Shown: piece after piece, positions 10,630-21,601 of the stretch
Layout of the letters: each line of letters begins with the position of its first letter
How positions within the stretch are numbered: the stretch's first letter is position 1
From: Catajapyx aquilonaris
Lineage: Eukaryota
Assembly: GCA_000934665.2 (NCBI GenBank)
Contig: JYFJ02005644.1
Location: 1 to 33,470, forward strand
DNA: 33,470 nucleotides
Reading direction: 5' to 3'
Translations under genes and position numbers: made by a program
Notes under the pieces: generated by a model
Database searches by the model: none
Told to the model about the DNA's origin: nothing
What the model saw: the letters and a program-made list of their open reading frames with translations, nothing else

Positions 10630-11182
10630 GCCCCCCGAGAATGCATGTCGGGCACCTCCCACTTTTCAAATTTCCACAAAGGACCCCAGGCTGCCAGATG
10701 GTGAGGTTTTTGAAAATAATGTTGTTACTTTATAAAACAATTACATACAGAAGTGCATCATATCTCAATATCACCGAAGCAAGTTGGTGTGGTGGTTAAG
10801 GAGCCCTACTGCCCGGAGCCGGCAACCCTGACTGGTTTTCAGTGGTTTTCCACGGTCCCCCCAGGCTAATTCCGGGGTTGTTTCCGTATAATAGGCCACA
10901 GCAGGGCCACAGCCACTTCCTTCCTTCCCTATCATTGGCCCCATCCAATGGTGGTACTCCACCCCCCTAATGGAGCACTGATTCTCCCAATGGGGTATAA
11001 ATAAATAAATAAATAATAATAAAAATATCTCAACATCAATTTACATGTGAAAAGCACATGCACCTGAGTAATATTTCTTTGAGGTAATGTTCGCTTCACT
11101 TGGTACCCTCACTCCCCCCCCCCTTGGAGCATGCGTAGAAATTTGAAAAGTGTGAAATGCCAGATGTGCATTCTCGGGGGGC
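10630..11182. mobile_element. Unclassified MITE containing a SINE
   Basis: GCCCCCCGAGAATGCA...TGCATTCTCGGGGGGC inverted termini with about 50-bp imperfect arms; no clear TSD. Confidence 0.6.
10773..11024 (+). mobile_element. tRNA-derived SINE family B, B-box deleted
   Basis: Starts ACCGAAGCAAGTTGG like the copies at 26617 and 30877; core GGTTTTCAGTGGTTTTCCACGGTCCCCCCAGG; (TAAA)n tail; TSD ATATCTCAAYATC at 10760-10772 and 11025-11037. Confidence 0.85.
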
Positions 11183-11234
11183 CGCTAGCTATAGTTGCAT
11201 GACCAGCAAAAAAATATTCAAGTACATTAGTGTA

Positions 11235-12009
11235 CAGGGTCATCGAAAACGAATGTCCCATTTTTAAAACCCTATAACTCGAAAACTTGCAGACATATTT
11301 GAATGATTTCGGTTTTGAAATACCAAGAAAGGTCTAAAGCTTTGGTTTCAGCTTAGTTTGTTTCGATATGGGCTTCATTTGTCGCTAGGCAGATAAAAAC
11401 GGTGGCATTTAGTCTCGTGCCAAACCCGCCCAATCATATCTGGAGTTACCATTGCCATTGGTGCTGGATATCTCTGATATTTACACCACAGACATTGTTC
11501 TTGAAGATTCAAATTTCAACTCACACCACACAAGAACTGATCACCTGGAAAACTAGTGACTATTTGCACCAAAACCTCTGAGAAGCCCCAGGGTTAAACC
11601 AAAATATGGGAAGAATGAGACAAAAGGAAATGCAGCTGATAGTTTCCGTCCTTTCCCAGTAGTGGGCCAGTAAATTGATCTCATATAGTAGCCTACCCCT
11701 TTCCTACAAACAACGGGGGGTCCATTCAAGTAGGGGTCAGTTCTTGGAAGTGAAAACATACAGAAAGGGTCAAGGGCCTATCTTAGGCTGGACATGCTGA
11801 AACATTTTTCCATTTGTGATATGACTATAGTTGTATATTGTCGCGGTCCGGAGAAAATTGCGCCATGGTCTGGGTCCGGACCGCGGTCCGCCAGTTGAAT
11901 AGCCCTGCCTTAGACATTTCTTAACATTTCACAACTTACATCATTAAGATATCTCTACAAGTTTTCGAGTTATAGGGTTTTTTATGGGACATTCTTTTTC
12001 GATGACCTG
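11235..12009. mobile_element. Tc1/mariner non-autonomous element with a nested hAT-like end (about 11840-11907)
   Basis: TA-CAGGGTCATCGAAAA...TTTTCGATGACCTG-TA; same family as 26456-27476. Confidence 0.8.
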
Positions 12010-12667
12010 TATATTAAGTTTTGGTGAATTATTTTTATTAAGCTAGTGCATGTTCCTAAGAACAATATTAGCATCATGTCCATATGCATCCTAACAGTAT
12101 GTAGCAAATAATTTTTCCTTTCAATTGAGAGTTCATAATATCAGCCTTTACAATCTGTAAATATCTGTTGGCCAATTTGATAGGCAGTTAAATATTAAGA
12201 TTATAGCAATCAGTAAAGGAACTTTTATGTAGGGATTTTTTAGAGATTTTATTATAAAAAGTCACAAAAATTATCAGGAGATTTAAAAGGAGTCAAATCT
12301 ACTGGGATTATTGTTGCACTTTAGCAGGGCACTTAAAGACTACTTGGCAACAGTAAATGTCAAAGCAATCCCACCAGGGACACCAGGGCTTAATGGCTTT
12401 TGTACTGCATGGCTTAAATATGTCTTCCACCTGTAATGGAAATATTTCTTATTGGCATGGTGAGCATGGCCCAATTCATCTGATCATTTGCTTGTCAACA
12501 ATGGGTGGAATTTTTGTCCCACTGCTAGTTACAGCTAACTTAGCAGTGCCATATAATTATGGCCAACACTGGTTGCGAAGTTAGCAGTAACTAGCCGTGG
12601 GACTAACATTCCATCCAATGACTTACCTCAACAATCATACAGTTCATTGTCACTTGTTATTTTGCAG

Positions 12668-12835
12668 AAACGGGAAGCTTAGTCCTTGTTTATGAAGAGA
12701 ACAGAAAGGACGACGACATTCCATTGCGAATAGAACTGGTGGGCTGGAAAGGAAAAACCTCGGTGAGAGCATATGTGCCTAAGAATGAACGTATTCACTA
12801 TCTTCGCCTTTGTGGGGCTGACATCTCCAAATTTG
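12668..12835 (+). CDS. NSUN2: NSUN2 penultimate exon
   Basis: ETGSLVLVYEE...LVGWKGKTSVRAYVPKNERIHYLRLCGADISKF; TTTGCAG acceptor (phase 1), GTGAGT donor. Confidence 0.94.
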
Positions 12836-12889
12836 GTGAGTTGGCAATAATCTCTCAGGTTACAATCAGTACAATATTTTGGTTTGCAG

Positions 12890-13080
12890 AACACAATAAG
12901 TTCAAGGAGAGGGAAAAGCAAGGGGATGGAACCAGCAGGGATGAGGCGGACGAGGCAAGTTTACTAGGACAAGTTAATGAAGAAGACATAGGTGACCAAG
13001 ATGCTGAGAGCAGTGCAAGCCTTCCTGATGGTGAATCAGCCTCCACTGGCAACTCTGTTAATGATGTAGAAGCCAAGTGA
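12890..13080 (+). CDS. NSUN2: NSUN2 last coding exon (acidic tail)
   Basis: EHNKFKEREKQG...NDVEAK*; TTTGCAG acceptor at 12889, TGA 13078-13080. Confidence 0.88.
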
Positions 13081-15055
13081 CTTTTGAGTTTCTCTCAAAC
13101 CAATCATGAGGCCACATTCTTCTCAGATATTGTTTTTGTATTATGTGTGACTGTTTTACAAGCAGGTCCATATTAATTTAAAGGTGGATTTGTATTTCAG
13201 AAGCACGTTGTTGGGCAACTAATACTTTGTCCATAAGTTTTATGTGCATCTTAGGCTTGAATCTACTGCCAATTTTATTGTTCAACATTTCTACTACCAA
13301 ACTTAAGAGGCTGGGAGTGGGGTCAAAGATAAGCAATTTTGGTAGGAGGATATTTGGCCAGTAGTGCCTCCTGGGTGCCACATGGTGTCATATGTTAAAG
13401 AAAAGTTGGCAAGTTGAGCTTTGAAGTTCAGAAGTAAATGCTGATTCCAGATATGTTTTCTTTTTTAAAACTTGGTAACAAATAATAATCAAATACCCTT
13501 AGGTGTAAGTTGGATTTTCCCAGTCGTTGACAGTTGTGATTGGTACTGTAGCTCAATCACCATGATTTAATTTTGTGAGGGGTCCCTGTAATGGCCTGTG
13601 TAAGGCCCAGTGTAATTGGCTCATCAAAGGTGCAATTTTGAAAGGATCAGTGCCCTTTGGCATGACCATCTATGTCCCCCACACCTTCTGTGTATTCTCA
13701 TTTTGCAATAGGGGAGCAATTGTGGAGGATTGGGTGTTTGGGGCTCCATTTGAATGATCATGCATTCCCATTCGCTTCCACGCCATCACAGAGCTTTCCC
13801 TAATTAGATTTGCTGTTAATTGCTCTTGTTCTGGGGATGTAGCTGGGGATATTTTCTTTTCCTCTCCTGCATGGCTGAGATAGGCAGGGTTTCACCTACT
13901 GTAAACCTCTTGGTAGCAGACCTGTCATCATAGCAAATATCATTGGTCCATCCATAGGCAAGTCCCTGGGGAAAAAATGAAACTGGCTCTGGATTTGGAA
14001 GCAATTTTGCAGCTCTTTCTCTTTCCAGGTAGTACAATTTTACCATAATCCAAGCTGGTGGGAAATTAGTTACCAAAAGTGGCTTAAAAACGTGATGCAC
14101 ATAAATATTCAGCATTCAGTGAAAATAAATTGTTGCAAATGATGTATAATTTGTCAAATCTCAAACAATTGCAACCTAAGTAGAACTTCCCTATCACCAG
14201 ATATGATTGATTGTGTGAGGGAGAATAATCCAAACAGCTACGGCTCTGACTACATATGAGAAACGAGCTAGATGGGGATAGTAGGACTGTGAGAGAGGGA
14301 GAGAGAGAGAGAGAAGATGGTCTGAGACTGCGCTACCCACCTCATGAAGATGTCACCGTGTATGGGGTCTATAAGGCTCACCAGGACCCTACCGAGATGG
14401 TACTGGGCATGCAACACATATCTTGCATGTTCTTAACCTTAGCAATTCACTGCTACTCAAATCACCAGTCATGACACCAACCTAACACAATCAGACTGGC
14501 CTGCATTACATGCAAAAAGAATGGTCAATGTATAAAATTTTTTAGTTATGGGCAATTCCATGCATTATGCACCAACAATTTGCACACTGTTTTTAGGCCT
14601 TGTGGCGCCACCGTGGCTGTATATTTGTCCTAATCGGAAAACTGTTGCCACCATCGTGTGCAGCACATGAATATGCATAAGAGTGATCCCATGGAGACCG
14701 CGTTCATTGGCCACCCATGTCTGTAAAATTACCAAAACTTTCATGACGCACCAACCATTGCAGGACATGCTTTTCGGGGGTGTCATACACAGGCACAAAA
14801 CTCTGCAAATGCTGAGAGCACTGCTTTTGAAGCTGAAGTGCATATGAAAGAGGAGAGTGTGAGGAATGCATTGATGCCAAAGGTTTAGGGCCATTGTCGT
14901 TATTAGCGACAGTATTGCGGAAAGTGTTAGTCATAATGCACCAACATGCATCATAACTCACCAACCCTCTGCGATTTTCCGTTACTAATATGCTTTTTTC
15001 TGACATGGAAAAGCCGCAGCAAATGAAATTCTTATGCCTCTGTAGCCCTTGGATA

Positions 15056-15438
15056 CACTGTACTCCTGATTATCTGAGCTAATGACTGCACGGGTGTCGC
15101 TGGATAACAGGAAAACCCATATAATCGGAAAATGGTCCTATATACACCATAAAAATGAGCTACTTGCAGGTTTTTAATGTGCTACTGTATAGAGCAGTTG
15201 GTTCCCAACCTGGGGGTCGCGAAGCCTTTTCTGGGGGGGTCGCACGTGGCCGCGGTAATTGTCATAAATTCTATAGGAAGTTTCATCGCAAAGGTTTTTT
15301 TTCCGAAACCTACTAACACTCGGGGGGGGGGGGGGGGGGNTTGACTATCATAAAAGAATGACAGTGCCGGACAAAAATTCGGCCAATTTTTTGATTTTAT
15401 TTCTTTGCGGTGCACAGATGATAATCAGGAGTACGGTG
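15056..15438. mobile_element. pogo-type MITE with a nested hAT/Charlie-like end
   Basis: TA-CACTGTACTCCTGATTATC...GATAATCAGGAGTACGGTG-TA; CAGTTGGTTCCCAACCTGGGGGTCGCG near 15196. Confidence 0.75.
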
Positions 15439-15798
15439 TAGTTACTAGGTCAATAATAAGGACAAGGAAAATGCCACAAAATTGCAAAACATTGCTTCTC
15501 TGTTATGTAGCCTGTATTTATTCACTCCCACAGAAATGAAAAGTAGCACATGATAGAAAAATTAATAAACAACGGAAAAAAACATGTCATTTGGCGTCTC
15601 TCTCTTCACAACAAACTGACTACCTTCCAGCTCTTCTTGCTCTTCTCTAACCTGGACTAGGTAGTTACCAAGGCTCCTGACACAGTCTACTCTGTGGGTG
15701 CGTGGAATTGGTTTTATTCCATCCCAGTGCTGCAGCTTATTTGTGTTTTCCACGATGTCCAATGAAGGGACAAGTATAACTGATATATCCAAAACTAA

Positions 15799-16008
15799 GG
15801 GAGGCGGAGTGGTGTTGCGGTAACGTATGCGCCCACGAATGTTAAGGTCCCGGGTTCGATTCCAGCCCAGGGACTCCCCCTTCATCTCGTGCAGTGTTAG
15901 GCCATCTCGGGCTTCGTCTTGGGTGGTATCTCCAATAGACAAACCACCCGGGGGAGTTCACAAAGCGACCACACATGAGACATTGCACCGCACCTTCACA
16001 TCCCCTCC
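15799..16008 (+). mobile_element. SINE family A, 3'-truncated
   Basis: GGGAGGCGGAGTGGTGTTGCGGTAACG...GGGTTCGATTCC head; body shared with the 19085 copy. Confidence 0.85.
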
Positions 16009-16289
16009 GTAGAAAGTGATGCAGTCACGCAAATGGGAAAGTGATCGGGTCGATAATAGGTCATTTCCTTGTTTTTGAGTATTTTGACATGATATAAAAC
16101 ATTAATGTCTCTCTTCTTTCATAAGTCCACTACAGCGAGCGATACGATGGCAATGCACGTTACATGTGCGGAAACCAGAGAGGGTGCGCTTTGAAACGCA
16201 AAGGATTCTGTGCCACTGGGGATGAAAGTGTTGGAAAGTAATGTGGCAAATGAAACTATGGAGTCCATTCTTGCTTTTTATGCACTTAG

Positions 16290-16291
<2 letters not shown>

Positions 16292-16370
<79 letters not shown>

Positions 16371-16624
16371 GATACTCCGTGAGAGGCTTCATTGGATGGG
16401 CCTTTTAGGGGATCATCTTTTCAACAACCGACTTTAATCATTTGTCTGTGCTCCGATGGGTTTTTCCATGTGGGAGGAAACGAGAGAGGCCAGAGAAAAC
16501 CCATGCGAACATGGAGTGAACCCATCCAAACTTTATCCACATAAGTATCCTCTGTCCGATTCAGGGATCGAACTTGGGAACCTGGAAGGCTGTGGTGTTA
16601 ACCACTACACCACCGTGCTGCCCA
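16292..16624 (-). mobile_element. tRNA-derived SINE family C with V-domain-like core and long (ATT)n tail
   Basis: Head GGGCAGCACGGTGGTGTAGTGGTTAACAC...GTTCGATCCC; core CATGTTCGCATGGGTTTTCTCTGGCCTCTCTCGTTTCCTCCCACA; TSD TTTTATGCACTTAGAT / TTTTATGTGCTTAGAT. Confidence 0.8.
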
Positions 16625-16833
16625 TTTTATGTGCTTAGATCCCACTTGTTTCGAGATTGAAAAATCGCATTTCATGTCCGCTTTTCCATGGAATTGCCCT
16701 TATTGTTTATGAGAATTATATCTGAGGTAACACTCAAATAGCTCCTGTATTTATTTTTATAATAAGAACTACTGAATATAAAGGGAGGCGAAGTGGCGCT
16801 GCGGTAGCATATTATGAGCTTATCCTGAATATA

Positions 16834-17108
16834 TTAGGACTATGCAAAAGTTCGTGCAGTTTTTTGGGAAAATCAAAACTTTGTAAAACTTGTTTGCAAA
16901 ACATTTATTAATGAAACTACTCACTGTCACTTTCAATAACTCCTTGCCAACGTCTGGGCCGCAGATGAATGCCTTGGTGGCAAAAGCTTATGGGCTTTGA
17001 CTCAAAGAAGTCAACCACCCATTCCTCGACATCAGTGAGATTGGCAAAGTGCTTGCCAGACAAGCCTTGTTGCATGAAATGGAACAGGTGGTAATCTGAA
17101 AGGGCAAA
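16834..17108 (-). pseudogene. mariner transposase 3' fragment with TIR
   Basis: ALSDYHLFHFMQQGLSGKHF...VEEWVVDFFESKPISFCHQGIHLRPRRWQGVIESDSE* (mariner C-terminus); TIR TTAGGACTATGCAAAAGTTCGTGCAGTTTTTT. Confidence 0.88.
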
Positions 17109-17146
17109 CTGAAAAGTGGTTATTTTGATCACATGCTTAGATACCT

Positions 17147-18683
17147 GGGTCATTCCATGTCAATACAGACAAGTTGGTGGCTCTGCCATCTCAGAATTTG
17201 ATATAAAAAATCATGCACGTACACACACATGAGCTGTTGCTAAAAACGAAATTTGAGCCACCCAGGTGAAAATCCCACGGAGATATGTCAACGTCTTTCG
17301 GCAACAATGGAGCCGGACTGACAATTTATTTCAGGTAGAGTTCTTGTTGTAACCCCATGATCATATATATCAAATGAATCGGAATGAAATGAGGAATATT
17401 GTGGTGGCAACAGTTTTAACCTCGAATGCAAAATAAAAATTCTAGAGAAATCGCATTATTGTGCAAAAATGGCACATTTCCGATGGCCCAATGTCACTGT
17501 TAAACACATGTTAGGAGTGTTAAATTAATATGGTAGATACAATGTCATGTATTCTCAATATAGGACTGGGCTGATTTTAAAGTTACATGTCTTAAAAGAA
17601 GCTTCTCCCCATGCTTGACCCAGACATATAAGAATGGTTTGTGCCCCCTGAGCGCTTCACCCGCAGAACATTTAAAAATCCTCCTTTAACCTACTCTACG
17701 TTATTTGGCGCTGCATTATTTTAATGTGTTGCGGGTGAACCGCTCAGGGGGCACGATCCATTCTTATATCTCTGGGTCAAGCATGGAGAGACGCTTCTTT
17801 TAAGACATGTACCTTTAAAATCGGCCCAGTCCTATATTGAGAATATGGAGAATACATGACAATGTATCTACCATATTAATTTAACACTCCTAACATGTGT
17901 TTAACAGTGACATGGGGCCATCAGAAATGTGCCATTTTTGCACAATAATGCAATTTTTCTGGAATTTTTATTTTGCATTCTAGGTTAAAACAGTTGCCAC
18001 CACAATATTCCTCATTTCATTCCGGTTCATTTGATATACAGGGTGTATCTGAACTCAGTGCCCCGACGTATATGGCTGCCTTCCTAGCCACCAGAGGATC
18101 AACTTATGTAGAGGAGTCATTATGTTTGGGCAGTCTCATTACTGAGATACACTCTTTAGCGATTTTTGCCTAATCGCTCCTTCTGACTTTTAAATAGAAT
18201 TTTCTGGTGTAACTAGCCAACGAGGCCTTACCACCTGTGGGCAACAAACCAACAAAGTCCCGCCCCCAGACCTTCCAGAGCCTTCTGACTGGGGGGAGGG
18301 TTCGATGGGTGGCCTAACCGACAGGATATTTTGTACTACATGTTTGCGGCCAATTATCTCCGTAATGCGGCGGCCAAACATAATGACTCCTATACTTAAA
18401 TCGATCCTCTGGTGGCTAGGAAGGCAGTCATATATGTTGGGGCACTGAGTTCATATACACCCTGTATATGATCATGGGGTTACAACAAGAACTCTACCTG
18501 AAATAAATTGTCAGTCCGGCTCCATTGTTGCCGAAAGACATTGCCATATCTCCGTGGGATTTTCACCTGGGTGGCTCAAATTTCGTTTTTAGCAACAGCT
18601 CGTGTGTGTACGCGCATGATTTTTTATATCAAATTCTGAGATGGCAGAGCCACCAACTTGTCTGTATTGACATGGAATGACCC
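17147..18683. mobile_element. Long foldback element (Sola2-like), about 530-bp arms and 40-bp spacer
   Basis: GGGTCATTCCATGTCAATACAGACAAG...CTTGTCTGTATTGACATGGAATGACCC; flanks ACCT/ACTT; the right arm is interrupted at a TA. Confidence 0.85.
18039..18464. mobile_element. Tc1/mariner MITE nested in the foldback arm
   Basis: TA-CAGGGTGTATCTGAACTCAGTGCCCC...GGGGCACTGAGTTCATATACACCCTG-TA; arms about 110 bp; absent from the left arm. Confidence 0.9.
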
Positions 18684-19084
18684 ACTTGTCATGATTGACA
18701 GAATTAACCAAAATCAGGCTCCTTTACCTATTGACCTAGTGCCTGATGAAGATTTGATGATAGCCAACTTTGGCTTTTCCGGTTGTGAAGCATAGGTTTA
18801 GAAGTGAAATTTGAATTTCCTGAAGTAGATAAATTGCACCAAAATAATCTTCATCCTCTGCACACCTATTCGCGTATTTATCTACAAACATTGTTCTCCT
18901 TTCTCTGAATAGTGAGTGGAGTTCACCCTCTTACACACTAACTTCTCCTTTTCTGTCTATTGCTCCTACCACCACCAGGATGACTGTCATTGGTAGAAGT
19001 ACATTCCAGGGGAAAACCCCAGGGGAAAACACAAAGGAGTCCTCCATCTGGAAAGCTGCAATAGGGTCTACTGTCATCTGTCAA

Positions 19085-19441
19085 GGGAGGCGAAGTGCCG
19101 CTGCGGTAACGTACGCGCCCACGGATGTAAGGGTCCCGGGTTCGATACCAAGCCCGGGCATCCCCTCCTTCATCTCGTGCAGAGTTGGGGTCGTCTCTGG
19201 CTTCGTCTCGGGTGGGATTTCTTGAGACTAACCACCCGGGGGAGTTCACAAAATGTACCACGTTTAAGACATTGCACTGCACATTGCACATCCCCTTCTA
19301 CTCATCCCCCCTTCGCTCGCGGTACCTGGGCGTTACGGAAAAGGACCACTTGTAAAGCTTGTACATCTGAAGCATAATAAAGGTACCGTGCCAGATGCCT
19401 AAGAAGGGCGGTGCACTAAACCCAATTATATTATTATTATA
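19085..19441 (+). mobile_element. SINE family A, full length
   Basis: A/B boxes, (TTA)n tail, TSD TACTGTCATCTGTCAA (19069-19084) / TACTGTCACCTGTCGA (19442-19457). Confidence 0.9.
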
Positions 19442-20592
19442 TACTGTCACCTGTCGAAAAGCCAACTTTGGAAATCATGTTTTGATGAAGATAATGGACT
19501 TTGACCAATTTCGCAGATTTCCTTCTCTGGTTATGGTCCTAAGAAAACTCATTTCGACCCACATCTTTGGCTGATTAGGTGCGCCTTTACTTGAAGATTT
19601 TACAGGCAGTGCCAACTCAAAAACTTGAAAAAGGAAGATGGCCACTTTTGGCAGCAATCTCCTCATATACACAATTTATGTGCTCTATGATTCCATCCTA
19701 ATCTGTACCCTAATTACTCGAATGTAAGATGCATTTTTTGTCTTTAAAAATTACGGTAGAAAATGGGATGTGTCTTAGAATTTGGTGCAAAGCATTCTTC
19801 CATTCCATAGCTAACATTTGACTATTTAAACTTGGTGTGTGACTTATATCCGAGAAAATACGTTAATAATCTACATGCAACACAACCAGTTCCTATTTTT
19901 GGGGGGAATGATGGACTCCACATGAGCCACATTGACACTGGAATATACATGCTGGTAATATATTGGTACATGTTCTTTGTGGTCGTATGCATTGAGCCAA
20001 GGGACAAGTGATGACATACATGCAAGTCAATCTACACCAAAACCATGTAATAAGTTGCAATGTGACTGCATTAATTTGACATATTCTACAACTTGATCAT
20101 TTATTTCAGTCATGTTGACATTAGCAGAGTATAGGCTACAGTGTGCTGAGAAAGATACAACATAGCTTCAATTGGATGACTATCTCAGGTGGTAGATGAC
20201 AGCTCATGTACTATATTTCTGTGATGCTGTCCAGAATGTCTGCTATAACTATTGCAATTATGAATTAGAATTCATTCAAGCCATTTTAAAGCATATCTTA
20301 CAAATTCACATAGTAAAAATCTGTTTGGAAGCAAGTTTTAATGATATATTATTACATGCAACAACAGGTTCACAAAATCAGTCTTGCAATGGTGATGAGG
20401 AAAAAAAAAAAAAAAAAAAACTGCAGCCACTGAAGAACTTGGAGGTGGAGCAGTGTCTTGCATCCTATTGTTGAGCACTTTCATTTCTACCAGGAAAGCA
20501 AAGAATGTTTCAGATTAGAAAACAGTCAACATTCAGCATAATTTACCAGATTATGTGGGGGTGAACCTTTTTATGTCAGTCACCACACAATC

Positions 20593-20878
20593 TTACTCTG
20601 TGTTGGCCTCTGCGTTGGCCTCTGTGTTGGCCACTGTGTTGGCCTCTGTGTTGGCAGCAGGTTTTCCCTTCTTACAGGCTTGTTCTTTCCAGGCATCCCT
20701 GTCTGCTGCAGCTTCTTTGATGAGATCTTCTTGTTTCTTTATTTCAGCAAGTTCTTCTTTCAGCTTTCGCTTCAACTCATGGACTCGCTGATCTTCTTTA
20801 TCTGTCACTTGTGGAAGGTGGCACCGGCGCAGTTGCTGCTCAGTTAGTCCCCTTCGGCAGGTGGGACACTTCGGAGAG
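20593..20878 (-). CDS. RING-H2/coiled-coil protein exon 2
   Basis: TTTGTTTCCAG acceptor. SPKCPTCRRGLTEQQLRRCHLPQVTDKEDQRVHELKRKLKEELAEIKKQEDLIKEAAADRDAWKEQ...(ANTE)n* completes the RING in frame with exon 1. Confidence 0.85.
20596..20655. repeat. Coding 12-bp tandem repeat x5 (ANTE/ANTV/ANAE)
   Basis: CTCTGTGTTGGC units read directly. Confidence 0.95.
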
Positions 20879-21071
20879 CTGGAAACAAATTAATTAAAGC
20901 CACACTGACTCAACAACACTCTAAAGTTGCGAGTGGGTTTAGGGCGCAAATACGAAAAATGAGAATGAGAATGGCCAATTTGCAACTTTCGAAAATGCAC
21001 TGTTTTGCATGGTTACTATGATACTATGTCATAAGCACTTATGCTATTATTGTGATATCGGTACGAGAAAC

Positions 21072-21205
21072 CTTTTCACGGAATTCACTGCGCACAACTT
21101 GTGGAACACATGTCCACACGGCGCGTAGCAAACTTCCTGGTCAATAGTAGATGAATAAGTTTTGGAGCACAGCGTGCATCCAGGAGCCGTGCGAGATAAA
21201 GCCAT
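21072..21205 (-). CDS. RING-H2/coiled-coil protein exon 1 (putative E3 ligase, TRAIP-like architecture)
   Basis: ATG at 21205: MALSRTAPGCTLCSKTYSSTIDQEVCYAPCGHVFHKLCAVNSVK; donor AG|GTTTCT at 21071. Spliced product is 139 aa with C3H2C3 spacing. Confidence 0.85.
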
Positions 21206-21601
21206 CCTGACACTACTGAGAAAACCAATCCAACAAACTAGACTAAACAAACACCATAGCGACCACAAGTAGCCGACCAAACGTTCTAATTCTGCTAAGC
21301 CAAGGTATTGTCAGATGAAAATGTTGGATCGAGCGCCGTCGGCCATATTTGATATGGTAACTGTGATCATAGCCACCTAGTGTCAGAGTCTTGTAAATTT
21401 TCAGGCGCAGTAGTTGGCGTCGTAGTATGACCATGGATGCTGGGATCTAGAGGAGGATTGTCCAGATGTCGTGTTTTTATTCATGTTTTATTCCATGAAC
21501 ACATGAGCAGCGGTTCGCTCTGTTGATTTTAAAGTTTTTATTAGGTGGTCGTATAATATTTAAATGTTGCTGTGAGTTGAAAGTGGGGTACAGGAAATGC
21601 C
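21206..21601. promoter_or_regulatory. Shared bidirectional promoter/5' UTR region of the RING gene and kappaB-Ras
   Basis: 396 bp between divergent ATGs, free of recognisable repeats, CpGs retained. YY1/Pho-like GCCATATTTG (21342-21351) and CTCF-like GCCACCTAGTGTC (21372-21384) are motif matches only. Confidence 0.6.

Larger units (their letters stand above)
14550..16699 (-). mobile_element. Sola2-like DNA transposon relic with three nested insertions
   Basis: 13-bp TIR GGGCAATTCCATG and perfect 4-bp TSD TTAT. The minus-strand remnant ISVILVPSLDIVENTNKLQHWDGIKPIPRTHRVDCVRSLG (about 15660-15790) resembles Sola2 transposase C-termini from memory. Confidence 0.6.

Noticed and set aside
14213..14490. 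Possible solo LTR
   Set aside because: No TSD, PBS/PPT or second copy could be established.
15799..15875. tRNA genes (also at 19085, 26904 and 31561)
   Set aside because: A/B boxes run into SINE bodies with tails and TSDs; cloverleaf stems are broken.
16102..16392. Poly-Leu, poly-Ile, poly-Asn and ER-repeat ORFs (also 8063, 8369, 32040, 32095)
   Set aside because: Translations of SINE-associated microsatellites.
20401..20420. A20 run as a retrogene poly(A) tail
   Set aside because: It is poly(T) relative to the RING gene, which has an intron, and no TSD is seen.
20555..20791. Hydrophobic + strand ORF with ASVL repeats
   Set aside because: Antisense shadow of RING exon 2.
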